64,000 bases of DNA. Origin: Candidatus Poribacteria bacterium. Lineage in GTDB: Bacteria > Poribacteria > WGA-4E > PCPOR2b. Below are positions 41,337-50,620 of the stretch, in pieces. Numbering within the stretch: position 1 is the first letter of the stretch; each line of letters starts with the position of its first letter. The position numbers and the translations under genes were made by a program. Location of the stretch: contig OZ240245.1 of NCBI GenBank assembly GCA_965198175.1, forward strand, positions 3,296,001-3,360,000, given 5' to 3'. The notes under the pieces are model-generated. The model saw only the letters and a list, made by a program, of their open reading frames with translations. It was not told where the DNA came from and searched no databases.

Positions 41337-42286
41337 CTACTTGAGTATTACCATCCGCCGTGTCGCGGAAAAATCTCCCGCCGTCAGGGTGTAAAAGTAA
41401 ATTCCACTTGCTACCCGCTCACCCAACCCGTTCGTCCCATCCCAGTAGACTGCCTTTGATCGACCCTCGTAGACCACTGCAATCCGATGCCCCATCTCGA
41501 GCTTACGGACAACATGACCGCGCAAGTCATAAATGGTCAACGTGACATTCGCATCTTCTGCCAACCGATGCGGTATCCATGTCTCAGGGTTAAAGGGGTT
41601 GGGGTAGTTTGCTAACAGTTCAGTTTCTGTTGGTGTCAGGGCTATCAAGAGTTGTTCAAGTACCATAATCCCCCGTTTCTTGACGGGATCCCTAACCTCA
41701 AGTGGCCTAGCATCAATCAGCCACTGCTGAACTTCTACCGCTGTGAGTGTCTCCGCTGAAGGTGCAACTGCCGCACCATCAAACATGCCTGCAACCAATG
41801 TCAAATCCAGAATGCTGACAATTCCATCTCCGTTGACATCGGATTCAGATAATGTCCTTGATTCCCGAGTTTGGACGCCATCAGGATCAAATCCAAGATA
41901 TTCACGTCTCCATCACCGTTAATATCTCTGTTCATCTTGTCAGAAGAAGCGTCAGCAGGTGTGAGTTCCCACAGGCGCACCTTTTTGTCGGCACTCCCGC
42001 TGGCAAGCATCTGTCCGTCGGGACTGAATACAACAGATATGGCATCCCCTATATCCTCAACGAGAGGTTTTTTGTATTGACCGGTCTCTATCAACGAAAT
42101 TTCACGATTTCCAATGGCAAGTGTTGTCCCATCTGGACTGAACGCAACAAACCAGACCTAATCCGTGTACCCTTTAAAAGTGGTGATATGGTATGGTTCG
42201 GAAGCAGTGACGGCTGAGTTGAGCGTGAAACCGGTCAAATAAGCAAATGTTGCATACATGGTGAATCGAACAAAGTGAGTTTTCAT
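41337..42286 (-). pseudogene. Decayed WD40/dockerin-like/FlgD-type secreted protein
   Basis: AGGAGG plus ATG 42286 (MKTHFVRF signal), in-frame TAG near 42158, collapsed WD40 repeats, frameshift near 41850, intact C-terminal NYPNPFNPETWIP domain. Confidence 0.8.
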
Positions 42287-42421
42287 AAGATATACCTCCT
42301 TTTTCGTTCAAGGTGCGTATACTAGGTATCTCTTTACGAACTGTTGGTGATGCACTGATTTCATCATCATTGTACGGCAATGCGGGGGTATTGTCTAATC
42401 TTTACAAGGATTGATTGCACC

Positions 42422-43654
42422 CTATCGCCATGCCCGCTGGATTTTTGCGATGGCTTCAACGATGTCGTTCAGATCTTCGTGTGTACCAAGCAGAATATTC
42501 TGGAATAGCCAGACGCTTTCTTCACAAGCACGTGCTGCGACGGGACACGAGGTGTACCGAATGAGATGCGGGTATTTTTGAGCAATGTGCGCTATGCCTG
42601 CTTCTTGCGAAAGCGGGACGCTGTAACCCTCTGAACAAGGGATCCCTTCGGCTACCAACGCATCAATAAATTCGCCTCTCGACCTCCCTCCAAACCCATC
42701 CGCATGATATTTCATCATGTAGAAGTGGTAACTGTGCACCGTGACCCAGGGGCTAAGTTTTGGAGGGGTAATCCCTTCGATTGACGCAAGTGCTGTCGAA
42801 AGATAAGCTGCGTTGGCGTTCCGAAGCTCCGTCTGCACCTGTAACTTTTCCAACCGCACAATCAGCAGAGCCGCGAGATACGCCGATGGACGGTAGTTCC
42901 AGCCGAGCCGAGGATATTCCCACCGCGCGCCACCGGGGGGGCGCCCCACATTCATGAAAGCATGCACACGAGCCCAAACATCTTTGTCACTAGTCGTCAC
43001 CATACCACCTTCACCGGAAGTAAGATTTTTGCTCGATTGAAAACTGAACGCGCCCGCATCGCCAAGAGAACCGACTTTGGCGCCTTGATATTCCGCCCCG
43101 TGTGCCTGCGCGCAGTCTTCGATTATTGCGAGTCCGTGCCTCTCAGCAATGTGCTGGATCGCCGCCATGTTCGCTCCATGCCCGCCCAAGTGCACCGGCA
43201 GTATCGCTCTTGTTCGATTCGGATCAATCGCCGCTTCGACGGCAGCCGGGTCGATTGTGAAACTGTCTGGGTCAATATCTACAAACACGATCGTACATCG
43301 CTGATCCAAGGCGGCGCTTGCTGTTGCGACAAAGGTATAGTTGGGAATAATCACTTCACCGCCATCGCCAAAACCGTCTAAATCCAGCACGCCAGCCAAG
43401 GCAGCCCTGATGGCGTCTGTGCCATGCGGCATAAACAGGGCGTAGGTAGTACCCGTGTATTGCGCGTACTTCTCAACAAACTCCTCTGATTTCTTCGCAT
43501 CCAATCCCTCAGTACCACTGAGATAAACCTCTCGCAATTGAGGTTCGATTTCTGTTTCCCATTCGTGGAGGTTCGTTAATGGCCATGTGGGCCACGGCTC
43601 CGATTTTGAGTCTCGGACCGGCGTTCCGCCGGATATGGCTAATTTGTCTGTCAT
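42422..43654 (-). CDS. DegT/DnrJ/EryC1/StrS family PLP aminotransferase
   Basis: YTFVATA, IEDCAQAHGA, FSFQSSKNLTSGEGG, GWNYR. Confidence 0.92.
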   Translation of the reverse strand: MTDKLAISGGTPVRDSKSEPWPTWPLTNLHEWETEIEPQLREVYLSGTEGLDAKKSEEFVEKYAQYTGTTYALFMPHGTDAIRAALAGVLDLDGFGDGGEVIIPNYTFVATASAALDQRCTIVFVDIDPDSFTIDPAAVEAAIDPNRTRAILPVHLGGHGANMAAIQHIAERHGLAIIEDCAQAHGAEYQGAKVGSLGDAGAFSFQSSKNLTSGEGGMVTTSDKDVWARVHAFMNVGRPPGGARWEYPRLGWNYRPSAYLAALLIVRLEKLQVQTELRNANAAYLSTALASIEGITPPKLSPWVTVHSYHFYMMKYHADGFGGRSRGEFIDALVAEGIPCSEGYSVPLSQEAGIAHIAQKYPHLIRYTSCPVAARACEESVWLFQNILLGTHEDLNDIVEAIAKIQRAWR

Positions 43655-43726
43655 AGCAGCTCCCTGCAAGGGACACCATCCTTCCATATAGTTCATCTCT
43701 TAAATTCGGCTTAAAATGACCTTAAA

Positions 43727-44758
43727 TCAGTCGGGACACACTGCCTCTTGGACAAAAACCCCTGCCTTGGCGGCGATCTCAATTGCCTTGTGGGCGTTTA
43801 TTACCTTAGGACCGTTGAGATTGAACTGAAATCGAACAGCAGCGCCCGCCTTCAGTTCGATTTCGCGCTCGCCATCAAGAGCGAGCACACAAGGCTCTCG
43901 ACGAACCAGGATAACCTCGTCACACGGAGACAACAACCGGTATTCAGCGAGGCTTACCCTGCGAATCAAGCCAGGCGCAATCGGGGCAAGCACCTCCTGT
44001 CCACCGGGTTCCAGTCGGAGATACAGACCATGCTCGGATGAGCAACTCCCACCCAGGATATGTGCACCAATAGATGACAGTCCGATAGTGCCTGCTTTGG
44101 CACGAGTCGAAATGACCGCTTTAATTTTGGATGCATCCCAGATAGCGCGGGAGGCGATGAACTGTTCATCATAGATAGCGGCATCTACCAGAGCAATGTC
44201 ATCCGGTACATCGGTGTGGATTGGAACGCTGCCTGCTTGGCGAGAGTTTTCATGAAAGATGTCCAAGCGCGGCGCTTTGCGCACCGCCTCGTTTGCCAGT
44301 CCACACGCCACCAAACCCGCGGCGATACCAGCAACCGTACCTTCAATCATCGTTGGGAAGACGTTGTTGGTCCCCGTGGAGATTGGCATGAGGGGAACGT
44401 TCCCGCTAGTCTTAGCCACAGCACGATTGGTACCGTCACCACCCAGCGTGACGATGCAGTTGACATGTTCCGCAACCATGCGCGCCGAAGCCTGTGTCGA
44501 ATCCTCACAAGAGAAGGTTACCGGCATAGGCAGGATTGAGACATCAAACCCCAGGTCTAGTCCGTCAAGAGCTTTTTTGCCGATGCAGAACGAGTCGGGC
44601 ATAATCCAAGCTCGCTTGACACCGGTCGCTTCCAGCCCTAACAACAGTCGGCGGACGATGTTGACCTTCTCGTTGTTGTTGAATACCGTGCCATGCGCTA
44701 CGAGTCGGCGGATATCCTTGCCCGAAGCTGGGTTCGCGATGATGCCAACACTGTTCAT
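43727..44758 (-). CDS. AcoX-like / ATP-NAD kinase family protein
   Basis: GIIANPASGKDIRRLVA, LGGDGTNR, STGTNNVFP, LDGERE. Confidence 0.85.
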   Translation of the reverse strand: MNSVGIIANPASGKDIRRLVAHGTVFNNNEKVNIVRRLLLGLEATGVKRAWIMPDSFCIGKKALDGLDLGFDVSILPMPVTFSCEDSTQASARMVAEHVNCIVTLGGDGTNRAVAKTSGNVPLMPISTGTNNVFPTMIEGTVAGIAAGLVACGLANEAVRKAPRLDIFHENSRQAGSVPIHTDVPDDIALVDAAIYDEQFIASRAIWDASKIKAVISTRAKAGTIGLSSIGAHILGGSCSSEHGLYLRLEPGGQEVLAPIAPGLIRRVSLAEYRLLSPCDEVILVRREPCVLALDGEREIELKAGAAVRFQFNLNGPKVINAHKAIEIAAKAGVFVQEAVCPD

Positions 44759-44774
44759 TGCTGTGATAGATATT

Positions 44775-44983
44775 CTGTCACATGTAGGCGGGACATCCCT
44801 GTCCCGACAATCGGGGCTAGGAAGCCCCTCCTACTGATTCGGAGTACACTGTCACATGTAGGCGGGGACATCCCTGTCCCGACAATCGGGGCTAGGAAGC
44901 CCCTCCTACTGATTCGGAGTACACTGTCAGATGTAGCAGGGGCATCCCTGTCCCGACAGTCGGGGCTAGGAAGCCCCTCCCAC
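44775..44983. repeat. BIME-like tandem array of three REP doublets (period 74-75 bp)
   Basis: Units start at 44775, 44849 and 44924; each is GTAGG-(GGGACA/TGTCCC hairpin) followed by (GGGGCT/AGCCCC hairpin)-CCTAC. Confidence 0.85.
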
Positions 44984-45013
44984 AAATAGGGGATTAGATG
45001 CGTTATGTCGCAT

Positions 45014-45439
45014 TCAGACTCGAACAATTAAGGTGTAGTTTGGACCTTCAGCCTGTCCTTCTCTTCTGGAAATGTTGAGATAGAGTGACTCATCTTCTTG
45101 GAGCGTCCACCCACTCATATGCGTAGCGACTTTCAGTGGTTTCGCAAGGGGCTCAGTGGAATCGGAACGAAGAGAGAATTCAACGCCTTCACATGCCGTC
45201 AATTGCACATGAACATCAAGTGGGCACTCCGCAATTCGGTTTGTGTAGCGTGCGAACTCACCTGTCACAACGCCCACAGTGCCGGAAACCTCATAGATGA
45301 ACTGGTTTTCACCTGTAACTTTGTGAGGATAGTCTGCACAAGTTTCTCCATTCACGTGGCATTGTTTGGAAGGAATTGTTGCAGGAGTATTTGCTTCTAT
45401 GCGAATAGTCTGGTTACGGAATAGCATCCGCATTTCCAT
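45014..45439 (-). CDS. Hypothetical protein
   Basis: 141-aa ORF starting 2 nt after the stop of the upstream dehydrogenase. Confidence 0.55.
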   Translation of the reverse strand: MEMRMLFRNQTIRIEANTPATIPSKQCHVNGETCADYPHKVTGENQFIYEVSGTVGVVTGEFARYTNRIAECPLDVHVQLTACEGVEFSLRSDSTEPLAKPLKVATHMSGWTLQEDESLYLNISRREGQAEGPNYTLIVRV

Positions 45440-45441
45440 GG

Positions 45442-46479
45442 CTATCGCGCGTTGACCATCACTTTGACCGAGCCGGTTTTTTTGTTCAGTGCTGTTTCGA
45501 AGGCATCGGGCGTCTGCTCTAGCGCGAAGCGGTGCGTGACCAGTTGTATCGGGTTCACCTTGCCGGAAGCGATGAGGTCTGAGGCGATTTCGTAGTCATG
45601 CCGCCCATCCACAGCACTGTAGCATACAGAGAAGATGATGGTCACTTCCCTCCCCAGTGCATTTCCCAAGCTGACCAATACCGGGTCAGGAAATACACCG
45701 GTAACGATAACTTTGCCTTTGGGTTTAACAACGCTGATGGACTGATCCACGCTAGGTGCCGACCCGCCAACGGTTTCGATGACAACATCAATTGGTTGAC
45801 CAGCGACAACTTCCCTAACCTGTTCAGGAAAATTTCCGCCTCCCAATCGGATTACGCCATCTGCGCCCATCTTTTCAGCCATGTCCGCCTGGACATCGTA
45901 TTTCGCCACAATGTACATAGAACCGGCGCCGAAGGCTTTAGCAACGGCTAGACTCAACAACCCTATCGTTCCCGCGCCTAAAACCAGCACGATGTCACCA
46001 GGTTTGAGCCCGCCAAACCGGCATGCGTGCACACCGACTGCGACGGGTTCCACCATGGCACCCTCTTCATAAGAGAGAAGTTGCGGCAGTGGAGCTAGCC
46101 CTAACCCCTGGACCTCCATATACTCAGCGAAACCGCCGCCCCACGGCACCTGATCCTTGTTCGGGCAGTGGAAATATTGACCGGTGTGGCAGGTCGGACA
46201 CTTCCCACAAGCGTGGTGGCGGGTAAGATCTACACAGACGCGATCGCCTACTCGGAGGCTGCCGACCTGCGTGCCAACTTCAACAACCTCGCCGCTGACT
46301 TCATGCCCTAGCACGGTAGGATTGGGATAAGGACGGGCTGAATACCAATGTAGGTCAGAGCCACAAACACCGCTGCTGACGACTTTGATAACGGCAGTCC
46401 CTGCCTTTGACTGGGGAACGTCTGCCTCCTCAACACGCATGTCGCGGGCATCATACATTATAGCCGCCTTCATATTCAT
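45442..46479 (-). CDS. Zn-dependent medium-chain dehydrogenase (sorbitol/threonine DH-like)
   Basis: GVCGSD, LGHEVSG, CGKCPTC..C, GAGTIG. Confidence 0.92.
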   Translation of the reverse strand: MNMKAAIMYDARDMRVEEADVPQSKAGTAVIKVVSSGVCGSDLHWYSARPYPNPTVLGHEVSGEVVEVGTQVGSLRVGDRVCVDLTRHHACGKCPTCHTGQYFHCPNKDQVPWGGGFAEYMEVQGLGLAPLPQLLSYEEGAMVEPVAVGVHACRFGGLKPGDIVLVLGAGTIGLLSLAVAKAFGAGSMYIVAKYDVQADMAEKMGADGVIRLGGGNFPEQVREVVAGQPIDVVIETVGGSAPSVDQSISVVKPKGKVIVTGVFPDPVLVSLGNALGREVTIIFSVCYSAVDGRHDYEIASDLIASGKVNPIQLVTHRFALEQTPDAFETALNKKTGSVKVMVNAR

Positions 46480-46517
46480 GAGTTTACTTGCTCCTTTTTC
46501 CAGCGAATTCGAGTTCT

Positions 46518-46627
46518 TGTAGGTTGGGTGGAGCCAACTGCGATACCCAACGATCAAGTGACCGAATAGGGTAGGCGATGGTCCTGTCGGTTAAAACTAT
46601 CGCGTTCCCTATTCGGTCACTTGATCG
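46518..46627. repeat. Partial copy of the 31302 REP/MITE family with a 21-bp perfect hairpin
   Basis: TGTAGGTTGGGTGGAGC start; CGATCAAGTGACCGAATAGGG (46551-46571) and CCCTATTCGGTCACTTGATCG (46607-46627); shares ACTATCGC..CCCTATTCGGTC with the 31.5-kb copy. Confidence 0.7.
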
Positions 46628-46634
46628 GATTGAT

Positions 46635-48932
46635 TCAACTGCCGTTGTTATGCAAGGCAGCGACAATCTTCTCCGGTTTAATCGGCAGGTCATTAATCCG
46701 AACGCCGACCGCGTCGACAACCGCGTTTGACATTGTTGCTAACGTTGGCGTGATTGGCGGTTCACCGACGCCTTTTGCGCCAAATGGACCGTTAGGGGCA
46801 GGAACTTCGACGATGACAGATTCAACTGTGGGCAAATCTGCGGAGGTTGGGACGCGGTAATCGACAAAGCCCGGATTCACATTGCCGTTCTCGTCGTATT
46901 GCATCTCTTCCATAATTGCCCACGCATAACCCTGTACTGTACCGCCCTCAATTTGTCCTTCAACCGCCATCGGATTGATGGCAAAGCCGACATCTTGTGA
47001 CGAGACCATCTTAAGCACCTTAATGCGTCCCGTATCGGGGTCAACCTCGACTTTAGCAATTTGCGCAGCGAGCGCAGGCGTGCTGGACTGTTGTGCGAAC
47101 GAGCCTTTTCCAACGATTGGCCCGCCTCTTGTATTCAGACTGTAGGCACCTAACTCGCCGAGTGAGATTGATTTAGGTAAATCAGTACCGCTTACGAAAA
47201 CCTTCCCATCTTTGAGTTCGAGGGTATCCATCTCTATATTCAGCCGTTCAGCGGCGAGTTCAAGGATTCGTCTGCGTGTATCTTCAGCTGCGAGTTTCGC
47301 GGTGTTGCCCATCGTGAATGTGACAACGCTGCCACCAGAACCGGTTGCGTAGGGAGCAGAATCGGTGTCACCACGAGTGATTGTAACGCGCTCGTAAGGA
47401 AGGGTGAGGATTTCTGCGACTATCTGGGTGATTGCCGTATCCGTACCGGTGATGTCCATCGAACCGTGAAAGATTCGAGCGCTGCCGTCTTCGTGGATGG
47501 AAACATATACCCCACCAGGGCCGCAGCCGTTTGTCCAATCACCAACGGCGACGCCCCAGCCCTGATTCAGCGATTTTTCTCGGTTCCACCAACCCGCAGC
47601 ATCGGCAACCGCTTCGAGGGTTTCCTTGTAACCAACAATCGGCTCTTGGCTGCCACCGGGAATCATATCTCCTTCTTCACGCATATTTTTGAGTCGGAAT
47701 TGGACAGGGTCCATCCCAATTCGGCGTGCAATTTCGTCCAGTTGAGATTCCCCCGCAAAGATTGCTTGTGGTGCGCCTGGTGCTCGATAGGCGGTAGTCC
47801 CAGATTTGTTAGTGTAAACCCCGTAGGCATCGACCTTCAGATTCGGAATTTTGTAGACGCCGCGCACTCGGATAGTGCTACCAATCGAGGCGCCAGAAAC
47901 TGCACCGGAATCCCAGAACGCCAGCGCTTGACAAGCTAGGATGTCGCCGGTTTTCGTCGCGCCCGTTTTCATCTTGATAACGCATCCCGGTGCCGGACGT
48001 CCATCAAGGAACTCCTCTTTGCGAGTAACTTGTACCCTCACGGGTCTGCCTGTTTTCTGCGAAAGTAAAACAGCGGGGACATGCGTCATTGTAACCCCGA
48101 AACGTCCACCGAATCCGCCTCCCATAATTGTAGGGATGACGTTAATCTGACTGAGTGGGATACCAAGCGTGCCGGCGATACCGGACCGAATTGCAAAAGG
48201 CCCCTGCGTGCTTGCCCACACCGTGACTTTCCCCGTAGAATCAGCACTTGCGACGGACACATGTGGCTCCATGTAGGTCTGGTGGACGCGCGGAATAATG
48301 TATGTATCCTCGACGACAACATCCGACTCAGCAAAGCCTTTTTCCACGTCACCAACATCTGTGTGGGTCTCAGCAGAGATGTTGTAGTAGACATCCTCTT
48401 CCAGCATCTCCAACCTGGCTTCCAACTGACTCGTTTCTTCGCTGTGGTCTTCCGAATCGTCTCGGGATAGACGCTTCAGCTTGTTACTGATTGCTCGACG
48501 TGAGAGACCATCCTTAGGTTCATCGCTGTGTAAGCGCGGCGCTGTGGACTTAATTGCTTCCATCACATCCTGCACAACAGGCAGAGGTTCATACTCGATT
48601 TTAATCAGGGCTACCGCTTCTTCCGCGATGTCTGGGTCAGTTGCTGCGACGGCGGCAATTGGTTCTCCGAAATACAAGACTTTATCCGACGCAAACACCT
48701 TTCGTCCGCTCTCAACATCCGACTGCGTAATGATAGCGCGCACCCCCGGCAGCTTTTCGGCTTGACGAGTGTCGATGTGAAGAATCTTAGCATGTGGATA
48801 TTCGCTGCGAACAATTTTGCCGTAAAGCATGCCGGGTGGATGAACATCTGCTCCATACTTCGCTGCGCCGGTGACTTTCTCAAGCGCATCGACTCTCGGT
48901 ACTCTTCTACCTACAACTGAATGTACTGACAT
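46635..48932 (-). CDS. Xanthine dehydrogenase family molybdopterin-binding subunit
   Basis: KVTGAAKY, YMEPH, GGGFGGR, AYRAPG, GQIEGG, GAKGVGE. Confidence 0.92.
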   Translation of the reverse strand: MSVHSVVGRRVPRVDALEKVTGAAKYGADVHPPGMLYGKIVRSEYPHAKILHIDTRQAEKLPGVRAIITQSDVESGRKVFASDKVLYFGEPIAAVAATDPDIAEEAVALIKIEYEPLPVVQDVMEAIKSTAPRLHSDEPKDGLSRRAISNKLKRLSRDDSEDHSEETSQLEARLEMLEEDVYYNISAETHTDVGDVEKGFAESDVVVEDTYIIPRVHQTYMEPHVSVASADSTGKVTVWASTQGPFAIRSGIAGTLGIPLSQINVIPTIMGGGFGGRFGVTMTHVPAVLLSQKTGRPVRVQVTRKEEFLDGRPAPGCVIKMKTGATKTGDILACQALAFWDSGAVSGASIGSTIRVRGVYKIPNLKVDAYGVYTNKSGTTAYRAPGAPQAIFAGESQLDEIARRIGMDPVQFRLKNMREEGDMIPGGSQEPIVGYKETLEAVADAAGWWNREKSLNQGWGVAVGDWTNGCGPGGVYVSIHEDGSARIFHGSMDITGTDTAITQIVAEILTLPYERVTITRGDTDSAPYATGSGGSVVTFTMGNTAKLAAEDTRRRILELAAERLNIEMDTLELKDGKVFVSGTDLPKSISLGELGAYSLNTRGGPIVGKGSFAQQSSTPALAAQIAKVEVDPDTGRIKVLKMVSSQDVGFAINPMAVEGQIEGGTVQGYAWAIMEEMQYDENGNVNPGFVDYRVPTSADLPTVESVIVEVPAPNGPFGAKGVGEPPITPTLATMSNAVVDAVGVRINDLPIKPEKIVAALHNNGS

Positions 48933-49013
48933 GAAGAATGCTCCTTATATTCTTATATTGAGGACGCGGGACTGGGTATTAGGCATCGGGTTGAAACAAA
49001 AAAACTCCAATAT

Positions 49014-49502
49014 CTAACGCACCTCCCGTGCTTCACACATCGCTTCTGTTGCACTCATTACCGCCTCGATAATCTTCGTGTATCCCGTACACCGGCAGAT
49101 ATTACCACCGAGGGCGTGTCTGACCTCCGCTTCCGACGCATCGGGGTTTTCATCAAGGAAGGCTTTGGACGCCATGATGAATCCCGGCGTGCAGAAACCA
49201 CACTGATAACCACCCTTGTCTATAAACGCTTGCTGGAGGGGATGTAAGGAACCGTTATCTGATAGCCCTTCAATCGTCGTGATCTCTTTGCCGTTCGCAC
49301 TAACGGCGAGCATCAGGCACGATGTTACTGATTTACCATCGACGATAACCGTGCACGCGCCACAGTCACCGGTGCTACAGCCCTCTTTTGTCCCTGTCAA
49401 ACCGATTGTATCCCGTAGAACCGCCAACAGTGTTTTTCGGGGCTCAATCAGCAAATCGTACTGATCGGTGTTGATTGTCAAACTCACTAGATGTTTCTTC
49501 AT
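49014..49502 (-). CDS. Xanthine dehydrogenase family (2Fe-2S) subunit
   Basis: GCSTGDCGACT, QCGFCTPG, NICRCTGY. Confidence 0.95.
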   Translation of the reverse strand: MKKHLVSLTINTDQYDLLIEPRKTLLAVLRDTIGLTGTKEGCSTGDCGACTVIVDGKSVTSCLMLAVSANGKEITTIEGLSDNGSLHPLQQAFIDKGGYQCGFCTPGFIMASKAFLDENPDASEAEVRHALGGNICRCTGYTKIIEAVMSATEAMCEAREVR

Positions 49503-49626
49503 CTACTCCTACCACTCCTTTCCTAGTCCCAGTTCTATGCTTCTAATCCAAGACAACCGGACCATATATCGGGGATAAACTTGCACGCAAAAAAACGCAC
49601 ACGAGCTTCCGGCAGGAACATCTGGC

Positions 49627-50487
49627 TTAGATTCTCGCTGCTGAGGTCTGGATAGTCCGTTTGGTTAAGACCCGTACCATTTCCTCCCGATAATCGGCTG
49701 AACACCGCAAATCTGAAATTGGGCTTGCCTGCGCTGAAGCAGCCGAAGCTGCTTCGTTCAGAATCGCCTCCGTAAGTGGATTTCCTTTGAGAATATCCTC
49801 CGCGTCAGTCGCCCGAATCGGTGTAGGCGCGACTGCAGCCAGCCCAATTTTGACATCTTCCACAACACCACTTGTTAACTGTAGAGAAGCAGCCACCCCT
49901 ATGAAAGCGAGATCCATGACCTCTCGAATCTTTTGCTTAATGTAGTATGAACCCGAACTTGCGGGACGAGGCGGACATATAAATCCAGTCACAATTTCAT
50001 CTCGCTTTAGCGTAGACTCACCTGGTCCCAGAAAAAAATCCCGGATAGGGACGGTGCGTTTTCCATCAGTGCCAGCAATTTCGACTTGTGCTCCGAATAC
50101 TAGCAACGCCGCAACCGTATCTGCAGCCGGGGAAGCATTACAGATATTTCCGCCCAGCGTCGCTAGGTTGCGAATCTGAATGGATCCAACCTCGCTTGCC
50201 CCCTCCGCTAATGCAGTGTAGCGGTTCCGAATAATTGAAGATTGTTCGATGGAACGCATTTTCGTCATCCCGCCAATCGATAAACCCGTATACTCATCAT
50301 ACGCAATACCATCCAATCCCGGAATTCGCTCTAAACTGATAACGGATTTCGGTGTTTCAATGTGATCTTTCAACCCGATGAGCAGATCTGTTCCCCCGGC
50401 TAAAACGGTGGCTTCATCCTTATTTTGCGCAAGCAGCGATGACGCTTCCTCGATTGTGGTTGGTTCAAAAAAAGCGAAGCTTCTCAA
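49627..50487 (-). CDS. Xanthine dehydrogenase family FAD-binding subunit
   Basis: LAGGTDL, QIRNLATLGGN, ASPAAD, PISDLR. Confidence 0.92.
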   Translation of the reverse strand: MRSFAFFEPTTIEEASSLLAQNKDEATVLAGGTDLLIGLKDHIETPKSVISLERIPGLDGIAYDEYTGLSIGGMTKMRSIEQSSIIRNRYTALAEGASEVGSIQIRNLATLGGNICNASPAADTVAALLVFGAQVEIAGTDGKRTVPIRDFFLGPGESTLKRDEIVTGFICPPRPASSGSYYIKQKIREVMDLAFIGVAASLQLTSGVVEDVKIGLAAVAPTPIRATDAEDILKGNPLTEAILNEAASAASAQASPISDLRCSADYREEMVRVLTKRTIQTSAARI

Positions 50488-50531
50488 TGTAGATTACTCC
50501 TTGGGCGCGAATAGCATCTATCGGGCAGCAA

Positions 50532-50595
50532 TTGATATGCTTTATCGTGCCGATTTAGATGAATAAAGCATATCAAATCTGATTAGGCTTGTCAA
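50532..50595 (-). promoter_or_regulatory. Promoter of the molybdoenzyme operon overlapped by a 14-bp inverted repeat
   Basis: Minus strand TTGACA (50595-50590)-17 bp-TATGCT (50572-50567) with TGn; IR TTGATATGCTTTAT / ATAAAGCATATCAA. Confidence 0.65.
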
Positions 50596-50620
50596 GATTT
50601 GAATGCAACGCAGTCTTCCC

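Noticed and set aside
44218..44255. Extra peptide NSRQAGSVPIHT in the AcoX-like protein as a REP-derived insertion
   Set aside because: No matching repeat elsewhere in the window and no clear hairpin
44775..44983. Possible mini CRISPR array serving the orphan Cas6
   Set aside because: The linkers between repeats are identical rather than unique spacers, and the units are GTAG-headed inverted hairpin pairs typical of REP/BIME elements
46635..50487. Aerobic CO dehydrogenase (coxMSL)
   Set aside because: The gene order fits, but the large subunit has AYRAPG instead of the AYxCSFR signature
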